A stretch of 64,000 bases of DNA, taken from a virus. Under the pieces are notes generated by a model. That model saw only the letters and a list, made by a program, of their open reading frames with translations. It was not told where the DNA came from and made no database searches. Numbering within the stretch: the first letter of the stretch is position 1; the number at the start of each line of letters is the position of its first letter. Of this stretch, positions 15,761-26,706 are shown piece by piece. Both the position numbers and the translations under genes were made by a program. The stretch spans positions 60,942 through 124,941 of IMG/VR virus record IMGVR_UViG_3300022752_000026; one strand, given 5' to 3'.

Positions 15761-16297
15761 ATGTCATTAAAACGCTGGACAGGCTCTCAATGGGTCGTTG
15801 TTGCAGGTTCACGTCCAGGTGCTCAAGGTCCCGCTGGAGCAACTGGACCAACTGGTCCTACTGGTGCTGCTGGTACTAATGGTGCCAATGGTGCTACGGG
15901 TCCTACAGGCGCCGCTGGTGTTGCTGGAACTCGTGGTAGCAAGATTTATACAGGAAACTCAACCCCTGAGGCTGCTGGACTAACAAACGTCCTTGAGGGA
16001 GATAACTACTTTAGAGTTTCAAATGGAGATTATTTTGCCTATAGCGTTCTTTCTGGATGGGTAATTCAGGGGAATATCAAAGGCGCAAATGGTGCTACTG
16101 GACCAACAGGTTCAGCAGGTCCAGTCGGTCCTACAGGTCCTGCTGGAACAACTGGCGACACAAACCGTATCAACATCATTGAAATGAATCAATTGTTGAA
16201 TCTCGGCCTGTTTGGTGCCACAACTGGAAGCACAACCACTAATATTACTAACGTAGGTCTAACGGCGGGCAGCGTTCTTGCGCTGGCTCTTCTATAA
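15761..16297 (+). CDS. Short collagen-like protein
   Basis: Two Gly-X-Y tracts flanking a GSKIYTG..P..GD.Y...NGD...W...GNIKG module; AGGAG RBS. Confidence 0.75.
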   Translation: MSLKRWTGSQWVVVAGSRPGAQGPAGATGPTGPTGAAGTNGANGATGPTGAAGVAGTRGSKIYTGNSTPEAAGLTNVLEGDNYFRVSNGDYFAYSVLSGWVIQGNIKGANGATGPTGSAGPVGPTGPAGTTGDTNRINIIEMNQLLNLGLFGATTGSTTTNITNVGLTAGSVLALALL

Positions 16298-16314
16298 GAG
16301 GCGAGGATAACTAA

Positions 16315-19300
16315 ATGGCAAGACGAGTAATTAAAGGTACGGATTACACATTTAATCCGGCAACGAGGACGATAGTCATTCCTGCCTTCCTTCTTGAAGA
16401 GCGTTTGATGCTTATTACAAACGTCACTACTGGAACAGTGATTTATAACTTTGCTGACCCTACTCTTGGATTTACTAGTTGGTCTTATATTGGAGACCCA
16501 ACAAACCCAAAGACTCAAGTAGTTCTTGAATACAACACAGCGTCAATGAGTTCAACAGACTTATTACAGATTATGGTTGATGAGTTCAACGAACAAATTA
16601 CTTATTCAGATACTCTTCTTGATGCTGTTGAAAAAGTTCGTACCGCATCTCCTCAATCTTTGATGGATACAGACTTTGAATATTCAGTTCAGCCATCTAA
16701 GTGGGAAGCGCTATTTATGGCGTGTAACTATCCTTCGTTCTTCTCTAAAACTTCTGGTGGTAACTCTTTTGACGTTTCTTTGGTTCAAGGAAATGGTGCT
16801 GGACCTCGTTCATTAGTAACTGTTACAACAACAACCCTTCATAACCTTCAAATTGGAAACGTAATCAGCATCCAAGATACACTAAACTTTCGTGCTGAAG
16901 GAACATTTATTGTTAACTCAACACCAACTCCGTTTACTTTTACATATTTTGCTCGTGGATTAGTTGATGGTGTGATTAATATTTCAAATAACACTACTGT
17001 ATACGGTGGAGACGTTTACGATAACGCTCATATTCCTGGTGGAACAGCATCTCTTGGAACTCTTGTCGGGTTCTCCGCTGCTGCTGATGGAGGAAATCCA
17101 ACAACAGTAACAATTACTACTCCAAATCCTCATGGCTTATATCCTGGTATTCCGATTATGATTAATAACACCAGTGGTATCAACGGTAACTGGATTATTA
17201 AAGATGTTTTGACCCCTACATCATTTACATTCCAAATTTTAGATACAGTAGTTACATCTGCTGGAACATCTTCTTCTTCTATTTTGTATACCAAACCAGA
17301 AGGATATATTCAGCATCGTCCACTAGATGGTGGCGTGTCTTTAACTACTCTTGGAAATGCTATTGGTCTTCAAACAATTCGTCAGACTCGTCGTTATTTC
17401 CGTTATCAATCTGGTAAAGCAATTCAATTTTCAACCGGTGCCAAATTCACTCCAACCTATGACGTTGTTACTATGTCTGGCTCTGGAGTTACAACTACTG
17501 GAGTAAAAACAGTAACTGTTACAACTCTACAAGACCACGGCATGCAGCCAGGAGCAAGTATTCTTGTTGAAGGGACTACGCTTTCAACTGGAGCAACAAG
17601 TCCTTACAACGGAACATTTATTGTAACTAGCGTTTCTGGTTCAAATACTTTTACTTATTCAATGACTTTGGCGTCTGCTCTACAGGCTCAAGATGCAACT
17701 CCTGGTGGAGTAAACATTTTTATCACTGTTACAAAGTGGAAAGGCGCTGCCACCAGAACTGGTATGTATGACGAGCAAAATGGTTTTTATTTTGAATACG
17801 ATGGCGAATGGATGTATGCAGTTCGTCGTTTTTCAAACAAAGAAATTGGTGGAACTGTAAACGTAACAGCAAATAGTGGACTTATCACAGGAAACAACAC
17901 TCAATTTAGACGTCAACTTCTTATTGGCGACAAAATTGTAATTCGTGGTCAGTCATATCAAATTTCTGCAATTGATAGCGACACAACAATGTATGTCTCT
18001 CCAGCATATCGTGGAACAACTGGTTCTTTTGTCCGAGTCTGTAAAACTCAAGAAATCAGAATTCGCTCTGATGAATGGAACCAAGACAAGATGGATGGTC
18101 GCGGTCCTGGCGGATACCTTCTAGATGTAAATAAAATGCAAATGGTCTATATTGACTATACATGGTACGGAGCAGGATATATTCGTTGGGGGTTCCGTGC
18201 TATTCGCGGAGACATTGTCTATGTCCATCGTATGGCAAACAACAATATTAACACTGCTGCTTATCAGCGCTCAGGAAACCTTCCTGCTCGCTACGAAGTA
18301 ATCAACGAGCCAAAGCGTGCTCGTTTGGTTGGTGGAGCAACTGTTACTTATGCGTCAACTTTGAATCCAAACGATACGACCATGTATCTTGACGAAGTAA
18401 AAGAATGGCCTACAAGTGGATATGCTCTTATTCGTAACAGCAACGCAAATGAACTTGTTCAATATACCGCTATTGGAGCATACAACTCCACTATGCGTGG
18501 TTATCCAGTAACTATTGTTCGTCGTCAGACTTTCCCTATTTACTTCCCAGGGCAAGTAGTTGTTCTTGGTGGTGGAATAACTAGTTCAACGGCATTTAGT
18601 CCAGATGTAACTCTTGGCGGTTCTGGAACGTCTCAGGTTGCCGTGATTGCACTAAGTCAGACCTGCGCCCCCCAAATCAGCCACTGGGGTTCATCTGTAA
18701 TTATGGATGGTCGTTTTGACTCAGATGCTGAATATGTCTTTACCGCTGGTATGACTAAGCGTCTTTCTATTCCAAACGGTGTAACTAGACCTCTTATGGC
18801 AGTTCGTCTTGCTCCATCTGTAGATAACGCTGTAGCAAGAAACTTTGGTATCCGAGAACTTATCAACCGCATGCAGATGCGTTTGGTTTCTGTTGGTGTG
18901 TCAACTAACGGACAGTTCTTAATTTCAGGATTTTTGAATCCAGGAACACTTTCATATGCTCAGCACGGAAGCGCTGCATTCAATACTTCTAAAACAAACA
19001 ATGGTGGTATTTCTTTAGGAGCAACCCAAATTCTTCTAAATGATATTCAAAATATTTCTGTAGGTATGACCATTATTTCTGGACCAACAGGTATACCAGT
19101 TGGAGCAGTTGTTGTTGCTATTAGCGGTCTCACCGTAACTCTTTCTTCTCCAGTTACTACTGGTTTTGCTAATGGACAGACCATCGTATTCGGTGGAGTT
19201 CGTGCTTACTTAGGACTTCCAACAGATTGGGACCGCGAGCGTGTTGGCGCTGGTTCTCTATCTCAGGTGCTTTACTTTGATAATACTGGACCTATTGGTG

Positions 19301-19584
19301 GAATTGTTCCTGCTTCTAATGCTCCATCTGGTGCTTTAACAGGTGGTGACGCGGTGTTCTCCTTCTACTCAGAAAACGGTGGTGGTGGAACAAACTTCAA
19401 CGTTACCTCGTATGACTTGAAGGCAATCCGTGAACTTGGAAACTCAATCCTGAGTGGAAACGGAAACCCATCAAGCCCTTCATATCCAAATGGCCCGGAC
19501 GTTCTAGTTATTACAGCAACTAACATTGGAACAACATCAGCCGACGTTGCTGCTCGTATCTCTTGGACCGAGGCACAGGCATAA
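16315..19584 (+). CDS. Large virion structural protein (1089 aa)
   Basis: YTFNPA N-terminus, DTDFEYSVQPSKWE, RQTRRYFRYQSGK, YIDYTWYGAG, SGNLPARYEV, SHWGSSVIMDGRFD motifs as recalled from large aquatic-phage structural proteins. Confidence 0.75.
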   Translation: MARRVIKGTDYTFNPATRTIVIPAFLLEERLMLITNVTTGTVIYNFADPTLGFTSWSYIGDPTNPKTQVVLEYNTASMSSTDLLQIMVDEFNEQITYSDTLLDAVEKVRTASPQSLMDTDFEYSVQPSKWEALFMACNYPSFFSKTSGGNSFDVSLVQGNGAGPRSLVTVTTTTLHNLQIGNVISIQDTLNFRAEGTFIVNSTPTPFTFTYFARGLVDGVINISNNTTVYGGDVYDNAHIPGGTASLGTLVGFSAAADGGNPTTVTITTPNPHGLYPGIPIMINNTSGINGNWIIKDVLTPTSFTFQILDTVVTSAGTSSSSILYTKPEGYIQHRPLDGGVSLTTLGNAIGLQTIRQTRRYFRYQSGKAIQFSTGAKFTPTYDVVTMSGSGVTTTGVKTVTVTTLQDHGMQPGASILVEGTTLSTGATSPYNGTFIVTSVSGSNTFTYSMTLASALQAQDATPGGVNIFITVTKWKGAATRTGMYDEQNGFYFEYDGEWMYAVRRFSNKEIGGTVNVTANSGLITGNNTQFRRQLLIGDKIVIRGQSYQISAIDSDTTMYVSPAYRGTTGSFVRVCKTQEIRIRSDEWNQDKMDGRGPGGYLLDVNKMQMVYIDYTWYGAGYIRWGFRAIRGDIVYVHRMANNNINTAAYQRSGNLPARYEVINEPKRARLVGGATVTYASTLNPNDTTMYLDEVKEWPTSGYALIRNSNANELVQYTAIGAYNSTMRGYPVTIVRRQTFPIYFPGQVVVLGGGITSSTAFSPDVTLGGSGTSQVAVIALSQTCAPQISHWGSSVIMDGRFDSDAEYVFTAGMTKRLSIPNGVTRPLMAVRLAPSVDNAVARNFGIRELINRMQMRLVSVGVSTNGQFLISGFLNPGTLSYAQHGSAAFNTSKTNNGGISLGATQILLNDIQNISVGMTIISGPTGIPVGAVVVAISGLTVTLSSPVTTGFANGQTIVFGGVRAYLGLPTDWDRERVGAGSLSQVLYFDNTGPIGGIVPASNAPSGALTGGDAVFSFYSENGGGGTNFNVTSYDLKAIRELGNSILSGNGNPSSPSYPNGPDVLVITATNIGTTSADVAARISWTEAQA

Positions 19585-19651
19585 TGTTTGATATGAAAAG
19601 AACGCTTATTACAAAAAATGATAGAATTTACAGTCAAGGAATGGAGCAATA

Positions 19652-19990
19652 ATGCCTAGTTATGATAGCCTCAATACGCAAATTGATGCGGTAAAATCTG
19701 AAATCACTGCTAGCCTCAATGCTAGCACTTATACTGCCCAAGATTTGGTTTTTGTTTCTAAGGCATTAGAAACCCTTGGAAGCCTACTTGGAGTAAATGA
19801 CATTGTTGCAGCAACTGCTGCTCAGGTGTCTTCAATAACTTCTGCTGGCACCACACAGGTGACGGCAGTAAACAGCGCTGGAACGACTCAGGTTGCGGCA
19901 GTCAACTCAGCGGGTAATACAAAAATCGCAACTATTAGCGCACTCGCGGCTAATATTGAAATCAACTCATACATGGGAGTGTTAGCATAA
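19652..19990 (+). CDS. Small coiled-coil virion-associated protein with 11-aa repeats
   Basis: (I/V)(T/N)SAG(T/N)T(Q/K)(V/I) x3; GGAG RBS. Confidence 0.6.
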   Translation: MPSYDSLNTQIDAVKSEITASLNASTYTAQDLVFVSKALETLGSLLGVNDIVAATAAQVSSITSAGTTQVTAVNSAGTTQVAAVNSAGNTKIATISALAANIEINSYMGVLA

Positions 19991-20325
19991 TGCCAACTAC
20001 AGCAGCAAAACTCTTCAGAGGCGCGGCAACCACAAGCGGAGTCACTGCTTACTCCACCGTACCTGCTGGGGGACAGACAATCGTAACTAACATTGTCGCA
20101 GCAAATAAGACCGCTACAGTGGTCACTTTGACTGTTCAGTTTGGAACTGGTGGCTATAATTCAGCCACTGCTTTCAATTTCTGCAATGGTCTACAAATTC
20201 CAGCAAATGGAACAGTAAATTTTGACATCCGTCAAGTTATGACAGGGTCAGACGCAATTTACGTTGCAGCATCTTCAAACAGTGCCATTGACGTAATGGT
20301 ATCTGGCGTAGAAGTCACAGCGTAG
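19990..20325 (+). CDS. Small beta-sandwich phage structural/adaptor protein
   Basis: Y.TVPA...TIVTNI..AN.....SGVEV pattern common in phage fibre clusters. Confidence 0.6.
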   Translation: MPTTAAKLFRGAATTSGVTAYSTVPAGGQTIVTNIVAANKTATVVTLTVQFGTGGYNSATAFNFCNGLQIPANGTVNFDIRQVMTGSDAIYVAASSNSAIDVMVSGVEVTA

Positions 20326-20355
20326 TAAGACAAGAGAGCGAGAGGCTAAAGAACA

Positions 20356-23300
20356 ATGGCTATTTCAGGTAGCAAAGACCTTATTGTATTTCCTAACGAC
20401 AACTCTGGACGCTTCTCAATCAAAGAAGTCCAGTACACAGCGAATGGAACATTTACTGTGCCAACTGGTGTTACTGCTGTAGAAGTTGTTGCAGTCGGTG
20501 GCGGTGGCGGTGGCGGTGGCGGAAATGATGCTGCTGCTGGTGGCGGTGGCGGTGGCGGACAAGTAGTTCGTCGTAACGTCAACGTAACCCCAGGAACCAC
20601 TTATAACGTAGCAATTGGCGCAGGTGGACATGGCGGTCAGGGTGCAATTATTTCAGCAACTGACAACGTAAACACTCAACCTGGCGGAATTGGTGGAACC
20701 ACAACATTTGGTGGCTCTGCTCCAGTAAACCTATTGATGAACCCAAGTTACGCTAAAGGTGTAACTCTTTGGGAAGCAAATAATATTCAGCAACTTCAAA
20801 AATCAGCAACAGGAACTTCTGGACTAACAACAATTATTGTTAACCCAGACAACACTGGTATTCAGGTTGGTATGTTTGTGTCTGGTTCTGGTATTGGTGC
20901 AAACGCAGTTGTTTCATCAATCTCTGGAACAACTATTACTTTGACCGTTGCTAACTCAGGAACTGTTTCTGTAGGTACTACAGTCACATTCAACTTACAG
21001 TCAAGCCGTGTTACAACCACCTCGTTGGTGTATAACGACAACATTGCTCTGTCTGCATCATTAGGTGCTACACAGTCAAATAACGTAATTCAAGCACAAT
21101 ATGCTCAGATGGAAGACCTTGGCCTTAGCGGTGGCTCTTCTTTCGTTCTTGATACTCTTGGAAATATTTCAGCAGCGGTTCTTTCAAACCCATATACCAA
21201 ACTTGCTGAAATGGTCTCTCCAACAGAAATTTCTGGAACTACTGTAGGTGCTAACGCACTCCAGTGCGTAAACTCATCTGCTGGTGCTCGTCTTGTAGGT
21301 CTATCAACCTCTGCTGCTGGTGCTCTAAGCAACAATGGAACAACTGGTTTTGCTTATGACCCAAACGTAAACTACACAGTTTCTGCTTATGTGTATCACA
21401 CAAATCCATCCCCACAGAACTTGATTGTTCAACTTCGTATTGGAGATGGAACTAACTTCCCAGGAAACAACCAAGGAACATCAAACGGAACAGGAACTGT
21501 TTATTCAGCAGTTAGCCCTTCTGCTGGTGGCTACCATGTTGCTCAGCAGACAGTAACCGTACCACTTGCTGGATACGGCGGGTCTGTGACTAAGACAATT
21601 TCTGGAACTAGCGGACAAACATTTATTACCGTTGATAATGCTGACGGTCTGTTCTTCGGTCAGACAGTTTCTGGAACTGGTGTTGCTGTAGGTGCAACAA
21701 TTACAAGCATCTCTGGAACAACAATCAACCTCAGCCTTGCTAACAGCGGTTCTGTATCAGGAACCGGAACATTCGTTCACTCTGGAATTTTCTCTGGAGC
21801 ATGGCGTCGTGTTTCAGCAACATTCTCTGGTCTACCAACATATGCTACTGGTCTAACCGCTAAGTGGGCATATGTAGGATTCCTAATTCCAGCAAACACA
21901 ACTATGCACATTGATAACGTTCAGGTTGAAACAGGTTCTTCTCCTTCAGCATGGCGTCCACCAACATATGAAACTGGTCTAGGACTTCGTCTATTATCAA
22001 CAGATACAACCAGCGAAAATATGGAAGTTTCACATGACTGGGTTAAAGCAACTCCTGGTGTTCAATACACAGGTTCTGTTTATGCCTGGGCATGGAAGGA
22101 ATATCGCACATCTTCTGCTTATCTTGAGTTCTATGACATTGACCAAAACTTAATTGGCTCAAGAACTAACGGAACAACAATTTTTGTTCCTGTAACTGCA
22201 ACTAAGATGGGTTCATCTACACAGGCTCAATCAACTGCTGGAAAGCGTATGAGCGCTACAGCAACAGCGCCTGGAACTGCTGCTTATGTTCGTTTTGGTG
22301 TTCAGTTCAATAACGCCGCAAATAACAATACAGGTGGTCAGGAACCAGAGTTCTATCTTGCTTACGCACAGTTAGAAGTTGGCTCTACCCCAACCTTCTA
22401 CAAGGATGGAAACACCACCGGCTTCACATGGGCTGGCGAGTCTCACTATTCAACAACAATTACTTCTCCTCTAGTTGCTGCTAAAGGTGGCGGAGGTGGA
22501 GGAACTTATAACTCTAACTTCCGTTTCTGGCAGTTTGGTCTTCCTGGTGCAAACTATGGTGGACATGCAACAACCAACTCACCTACCTCTCCAACATATG
22601 CTGGAGGTGGAGGTGGAGCAGGTTCTGCTGGAGCAAATGCTATTGCTTACTATGCTGCTGTATCAGGTGGTAATACTACTACTGGATATGGTTCATCTGG
22701 TTCTACACAACTTCAGTTCATTCCACAAAATGGAAACCTTGGAGGATATGCGGTTACAGGTAGTAACGTAAACATTCCTCACTACGGTGGAGATGGTGGT
22801 CTAGGTGTTGATGTGAATGGAGCAGGAACACTTGACCAGCACTACCTCGGTGGAGGTGGCGGTGGAGGCGGATGGAATACATTCGCACAGGCTGGCTTCA
22901 ACAACCCTGGCCGTGGAAACGGTGGCGGTGGTAAGGGTGGACATACATACCTTGCTTATCTAACAGGTATTGAATCTGGCTCACTTATCACTGACATCTA
23001 CTCTCGTGGATTTGATGGAACACCTAATACTGGCGGTGGCGGTGGTGGAGCAGGTTCAAACGGAAACAACTCTCCGTTGACCCTTGCTACACATAACGCA
23101 TCTCAGTTCTTAACATTTGAAAACAACTCGTTGACTGACCTCAACCGTTGGAACCCAGATTACAACTGCTCTATCGCAATTTCTGCAACAACTCCAGCAT
23201 ATGGAAGTTTTATGCTAAGGGCTACTGTTCAAGATGCTGGAAACATCCGTGTAAAGACCTCTTGGTCAGATTTCCCAATCTTGCCTAGAACACAACTTTA

Positions 23301-23685
23301 TTTCTCTGGATTTGCTTTCCGTCTTGGTTCAACAAACACCAACCCTGGAACTCCAAATATTGGAACTAAGGTTGCTCGTCCAGTAGTTATCTGGCTTGAC
23401 ATCAACAAGCGTGTTATCCGCGAAGACCGTCCTTCTACAAACGCAACTTTGGTTGCTGGTTCTTGGACAAAAGATGTTGCTAACACAATGCAGGTATGGC
23501 AGCCATCATTGGCTCCAGCATCTGCCGCATACTTCCAGGTTGCTGTTGAAGCGCTATTCATGTCAGGTGGAGACACCCTTGATATTGACTTCAACACACT
23601 TCAGTACTATCCATACGTTTCTAACGGTGGAAATGGTGCAGATGGAACTGTTATTATCCGTTACGCAGAGAAGTTCACAGCGTAG
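20356..23685 (+). CDS. Glycine-rich virion protein with inserted carbohydrate-binding-like domains (1109 aa)
   Basis: GTFTVP.GVT.VEVVAVGGGGGG ... NTGGGGGG ... GG.GADG.VIIRY Gly-rich frame; internal NLL.NPS, YT.S.YV, DNVQVETG CBM-like segments. Confidence 0.75.
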   Translation: MAISGSKDLIVFPNDNSGRFSIKEVQYTANGTFTVPTGVTAVEVVAVGGGGGGGGGNDAAAGGGGGGGQVVRRNVNVTPGTTYNVAIGAGGHGGQGAIISATDNVNTQPGGIGGTTTFGGSAPVNLLMNPSYAKGVTLWEANNIQQLQKSATGTSGLTTIIVNPDNTGIQVGMFVSGSGIGANAVVSSISGTTITLTVANSGTVSVGTTVTFNLQSSRVTTTSLVYNDNIALSASLGATQSNNVIQAQYAQMEDLGLSGGSSFVLDTLGNISAAVLSNPYTKLAEMVSPTEISGTTVGANALQCVNSSAGARLVGLSTSAAGALSNNGTTGFAYDPNVNYTVSAYVYHTNPSPQNLIVQLRIGDGTNFPGNNQGTSNGTGTVYSAVSPSAGGYHVAQQTVTVPLAGYGGSVTKTISGTSGQTFITVDNADGLFFGQTVSGTGVAVGATITSISGTTINLSLANSGSVSGTGTFVHSGIFSGAWRRVSATFSGLPTYATGLTAKWAYVGFLIPANTTMHIDNVQVETGSSPSAWRPPTYETGLGLRLLSTDTTSENMEVSHDWVKATPGVQYTGSVYAWAWKEYRTSSAYLEFYDIDQNLIGSRTNGTTIFVPVTATKMGSSTQAQSTAGKRMSATATAPGTAAYVRFGVQFNNAANNNTGGQEPEFYLAYAQLEVGSTPTFYKDGNTTGFTWAGESHYSTTITSPLVAAKGGGGGGTYNSNFRFWQFGLPGANYGGHATTNSPTSPTYAGGGGGAGSAGANAIAYYAAVSGGNTTTGYGSSGSTQLQFIPQNGNLGGYAVTGSNVNIPHYGGDGGLGVDVNGAGTLDQHYLGGGGGGGGWNTFAQAGFNNPGRGNGGGGKGGHTYLAYLTGIESGSLITDIYSRGFDGTPNTGGGGGGAGSNGNNSPLTLATHNASQFLTFENNSLTDLNRWNPDYNCSIAISATTPAYGSFMLRATVQDAGNIRVKTSWSDFPILPRTQLYFSGFAFRLGSTNTNPGTPNIGTKVARPVVIWLDINKRVIREDRPSTNATLVAGSWTKDVANTMQVWQPSLAPASAAYFQVAVEALFMSGGDTLDIDFNTLQYYPYVSNGGNGADGTVIIRYAEKFTA

Positions 23686-23706
23686 TAGGAATAGGAGAGG
23701 ATACAA

Positions 23707-24015
23707 ATGAGAAAATTCGCTCTTATCGGAGGCGGCAAAGTTGCTAACGTTGTCGTTGCCGAAAATGCATCAACAATTGGCCCAATGGCAGATGCCTTTG
23801 TTGTCGTTGATATTACTGATATGGAGCCAGCACCTTCTACAGGTTCTTCTTATGATTTGAAGACCAAGAAGTTTGCTCCAGCAGTACCAGATAACATGCA
23901 ATCACTACTAACTGGAGATGTTCTTGTCTTTGAAACACCAACAACTCCAGCACCATCAGCGCCTAAGGCTTCTACAAAGAAGAAGTCTGCTGACGAGACA
24001 CCTGCGGAGGAATAA
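23707..24015 (+). CDS. Small accessory protein (possible fibre chaperone)
   Basis: KFALI..GKV.NVVVA...G.SYD...F pattern that typically follows Gly-rich fibre genes; AGGAGAGG RBS. Confidence 0.55.
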   Translation: MRKFALIGGGKVANVVVAENASTIGPMADAFVVVDITDMEPAPSTGSSYDLKTKKFAPAVPDNMQSLLTGDVLVFETPTTPAPSAPKASTKKKSADETPAEE

Positions 24016-24018
24016 ACA

Positions 24019-24408
24019 ATGCCAATTACAATGTCACCTCAGGTGCTAACCGCATCTCAGGATGCCTACATCACTCAGGGAGTCACGGCCCGTCTTCAGA
24101 CCTTGTCTGGAGCAGCGGCATCTGGCTCTGTATCAATCAGCGTCATTGACTACCCCGTAACGGTTTTGTCAGCACAAACTAGTTCTTCTACAGTATCGTT
24201 TACAAACGTTCCATCAAACTATGCAAATACTTGGTGGGTAGAAATTGCTGGTCGTGGAGCAAACACTGTTACATTTACTGGAGTCACATGGGATGGCGGC
24301 TCTGCCCCATCTTTTGCTGCTGGAACTGCTAAAAGCGTAGTAGAGTTTTATAGCCGTGACGGTGGAAGCACTATTTATGGTGTTCTTCGTTTTGCTAACG
24401 TTGCCTAG
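24019..24408 (+). CDS. Putative virion structural protein (beta-rich)
   Basis: C-terminal VTW.GG.AP......VEFYSRDGG.TIYG pattern of phage fibre domains; GGAGG RBS. Confidence 0.55.
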   Translation: MPITMSPQVLTASQDAYITQGVTARLQTLSGAAASGSVSISVIDYPVTVLSAQTSSSTVSFTNVPSNYANTWWVEIAGRGANTVTFTGVTWDGGSAPSFAAGTAKSVVEFYSRDGGSTIYGVLRFANVA

Positions 24409-24416
24409 TTCGTTCT

Positions 24417-24455
24417 AATAAAAATCCCCCGTGTCAAAGCGGGGGTTTTTTATTT
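24417..24455 (+). terminator. Intrinsic terminator, potentially bidirectional
   Basis: aataaaaat-cccccg-tgtcaaag-cggggg-ttttttattt. Confidence 0.85.
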
Positions 24456-24462
24456 AATTAGG

Positions 24463-24477
24463 TAGGATGTAGACATG
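24463..24477 (+). promoter_or_regulatory. -10 element (TAGGAT) 6 nt before ATG: probable leaderless promoter of the glycosyltransferase
   Basis: ggTAGGATgtagacATG directly after the terminator. Confidence 0.5.
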
Positions 24478-25548
24478 AAAATATGCGTATACACAATAGC
24501 CCTAAATGAAGAGCAGTTTGTTGAGCGTTGGTATAACTCGGTAAAAGATGAAGCAGATTATCTACTTATTGTTGATACTGGCTCCACGGATAAAACCGTT
24601 GAGTTGGCAAAATCTTTAGGAATCAATACAGCACAGATATGTGTAAAGCCTTGGAGGTTTGACACTGGAAGAAATGCTTCGCTTGCGTTAGTTCCTGCTG
24701 ATATGGACTACTGCATACCTTTAGATATGGATGAAATTATGCTTCCTGGTTGGCGTGCGGAATTACAAAAAGCATTTGATGCCGGAGCAACTAGACCTAG
24801 ATACAAATATGTTTGGAATTGGAACCCAGACGGAACTCCAGGTCTTACCTTTGGTGGAGATAAAATTCATAAGAGACATGGATATAGATGGAAGCACCCA
24901 GTCCATGAAGTTCTTACTCCAGACCGCATGACAGAAATTCCTTTTTGGACAGAAGCAGTGATGGAGCATCATGCCGATAATTCAAAGTCTAGGGCTCAAT
25001 ACTTACCTCTACTAAAACAATCTACAGAAGAAGACCCGAACGACGATAGGAACGCTTTTTACTACGCAAGGGAACTTTTCTTCTATAACAAATTTGGAGA
25101 GGCGTCAGCAGAGTTTAGACGCCATCTATCTCTACCTACCGCAACGTGGAGAGCAGAGAGAGCAGCGTCATATCGCTATTTATCAAAACTTCATCCAAGC
25201 GAATCAGAAATTTGGCTCACTCTTGCTCACGAAGAAGACCCAAGAAGAAGAGAAGCCTCTGTTGATTTAGCAAAACTCTATTATCGTCAGAGTCGCTGGC
25301 AAGACTGCTATGAGGCTGCTAATAGAGCGCTAAGCATCAAAGAAAGACCAATGGAGTATCTAAACGAGGCTGAAGCGTGGGGATACACCCCTCACGATAT
25401 GGCTTCTATTGCTTCATATCATTTACAAAAATATGAAGAAGCAGTGATGCACGCTAAAAATGCCCTTGAGTTAGGTCCAGATAGTGAAAAAGAAAGACTG
25501 ATGGCCAACCTACAGTTCTGCGAGGATAAATTAAATGACAAAGAATAG
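24475..25548 (+). CDS. Family 2 glycosyltransferase with C-terminal TPR repeats
   Basis: KICVYTIALNEE, VDTGSTD.T, RN.SL, LDMDE (DxD), VHE, then TPR-like helices (FYYARELF, HDMASIASYHL..YEEA..HA..AL). Confidence 0.9.
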   Translation: MKICVYTIALNEEQFVERWYNSVKDEADYLLIVDTGSTDKTVELAKSLGINTAQICVKPWRFDTGRNASLALVPADMDYCIPLDMDEIMLPGWRAELQKAFDAGATRPRYKYVWNWNPDGTPGLTFGGDKIHKRHGYRWKHPVHEVLTPDRMTEIPFWTEAVMEHHADNSKSRAQYLPLLKQSTEEDPNDDRNAFYYARELFFYNKFGEASAEFRRHLSLPTATWRAERAASYRYLSKLHPSESEIWLTLAHEEDPRRREASVDLAKLYYRQSRWQDCYEAANRALSIKERPMEYLNEAEAWGYTPHDMASIASYHLQKYEEAVMHAKNALELGPDSEKERLMANLQFCEDKLNDKE

Positions 25549-26119
25549 TTACCCTAATTGGTTTACTGTCACTGCTCAGACTCCTTTTTCAAAATATCTT
25601 GGAGAGTTCAAAGATAAGCAAGTAGACTTTTTACAAATAGGAGCATACACAGGAGATGCTACCCTCTGGCTTTTTGAGAATATATTGACTAATCAAGAAT
25701 CAACCTTAACAGATGTAGATACATGGGAAGGCTCTGATGAAGTTGTTCATAAAAAGATGGACTGGGACGACGTTGAGACAGTGTATAACTCAAGAACAAA
25801 ACAATTTATTGAAGATGGGCGTCTTATAAAGATAAAAAACACTAGCAACAACTTTTTCTCAACAAACAACAATATGTTTGATTTTATATATGTTGATGGG
25901 GACCATACTGCTATGGCTGTTCTAAAAGACGGACTTAGTGCCTTTAATTATCTAAAACCTGGCGGAGTTCTAGCCTTTGATGATTACACATGGAGTGAGG
26001 GAAGCGGCGACATAATGAGAGACCCTAAGCCAGCAGTAGATGCTTTTCTTTTATTCCACAAGAAAAATATATCTGTTATTGAGATAGGGAGTCAGGTTTG
26101 GCTAAGGAAGAACGCTTAA
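25535..26119 (+). CDS. Class I SAM-dependent methyltransferase (Methyltransf_24-like)
   Basis: LQIGAYTG motif I, VDTW, FDFIYVDGDH, LKPGGVLAFDDY. Confidence 0.9.
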   Translation: MTKNSYPNWFTVTAQTPFSKYLGEFKDKQVDFLQIGAYTGDATLWLFENILTNQESTLTDVDTWEGSDEVVHKKMDWDDVETVYNSRTKQFIEDGRLIKIKNTSNNFFSTNNNMFDFIYVDGDHTAMAVLKDGLSAFNYLKPGGVLAFDDYTWSEGSGDIMRDPKPAVDAFLLFHKKNISVIEIGSQVWLRKNA

Positions 26120-26651
26120 CGTTTTTTCTTAGTTTTGCTTTTTCCTTTTCTTTAGCCTTCTTCTGCTTCTCTCTATCTCTGCGCTGACGTTCCATTCGCT
26201 CACCGCGGTCAACTTTATATGCTTCAACAGCATTTGCGCTTGTTCTACTCTTCCAAGCAAATCCGCACTCTAAACAAGTAACAACTTTTGCTGTATTCCA
26301 ACGTCCAGAACTATCAAGTTGAACTATTGATGTTTCAAGTTTATTAGGTCTTGCTGTGCAGTAAGGGCAATTTGGATAACGACGTCTGCGTGTTTCTTCG
26401 CCTAAATAAGAAACAGATAATGCTCTACGAATATCAACTTCATCTCTACCGCCCCAGACACCCCAGATTTGACGATGCTCTAGAGCCCACTGTAAGCATT
26501 GCTTGCGAACAGGACAGGTAAAGCACATATTTTTTGCTGCATATTTTTTCTCAAACTCTGGAGAGAAGAACCAATCTATCTTGTTGCGATTTATTGGTTT
26601 AGCACATAGTGCTTCTGATTGCCAATCAAGGCTGTCCGCTGGTTTCCACAC
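26076..26651 (-). CDS. whiB: WhiB-family transcription factor with C-terminal zinc ribbon and basic tail
   Basis: WQSEALC...FF...AKNMCFTCPVRKQCLQWAL....GVWGG; extra CPYC...CLEC. Confidence 0.9.
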   Translation of the reverse strand: MWKPADSLDWQSEALCAKPINRNKIDWFFSPEFEKKYAAKNMCFTCPVRKQCLQWALEHRQIWGVWGGRDEVDIRRALSVSYLGEETRRRRYPNCPYCTARPNKLETSIVQLDSSGRWNTAKVVTCLECGFAWKSRTSANAVEAYKVDRGERMERQRRDREKQKKAKEKEKAKLRKNVKRSSLAKPDSLSQ

Positions 26652-26706
26652 ATGTGTTAATCTACACTATTCATGTATAAAAGTATGCTTCAACACGCCT
26701 ATCAAT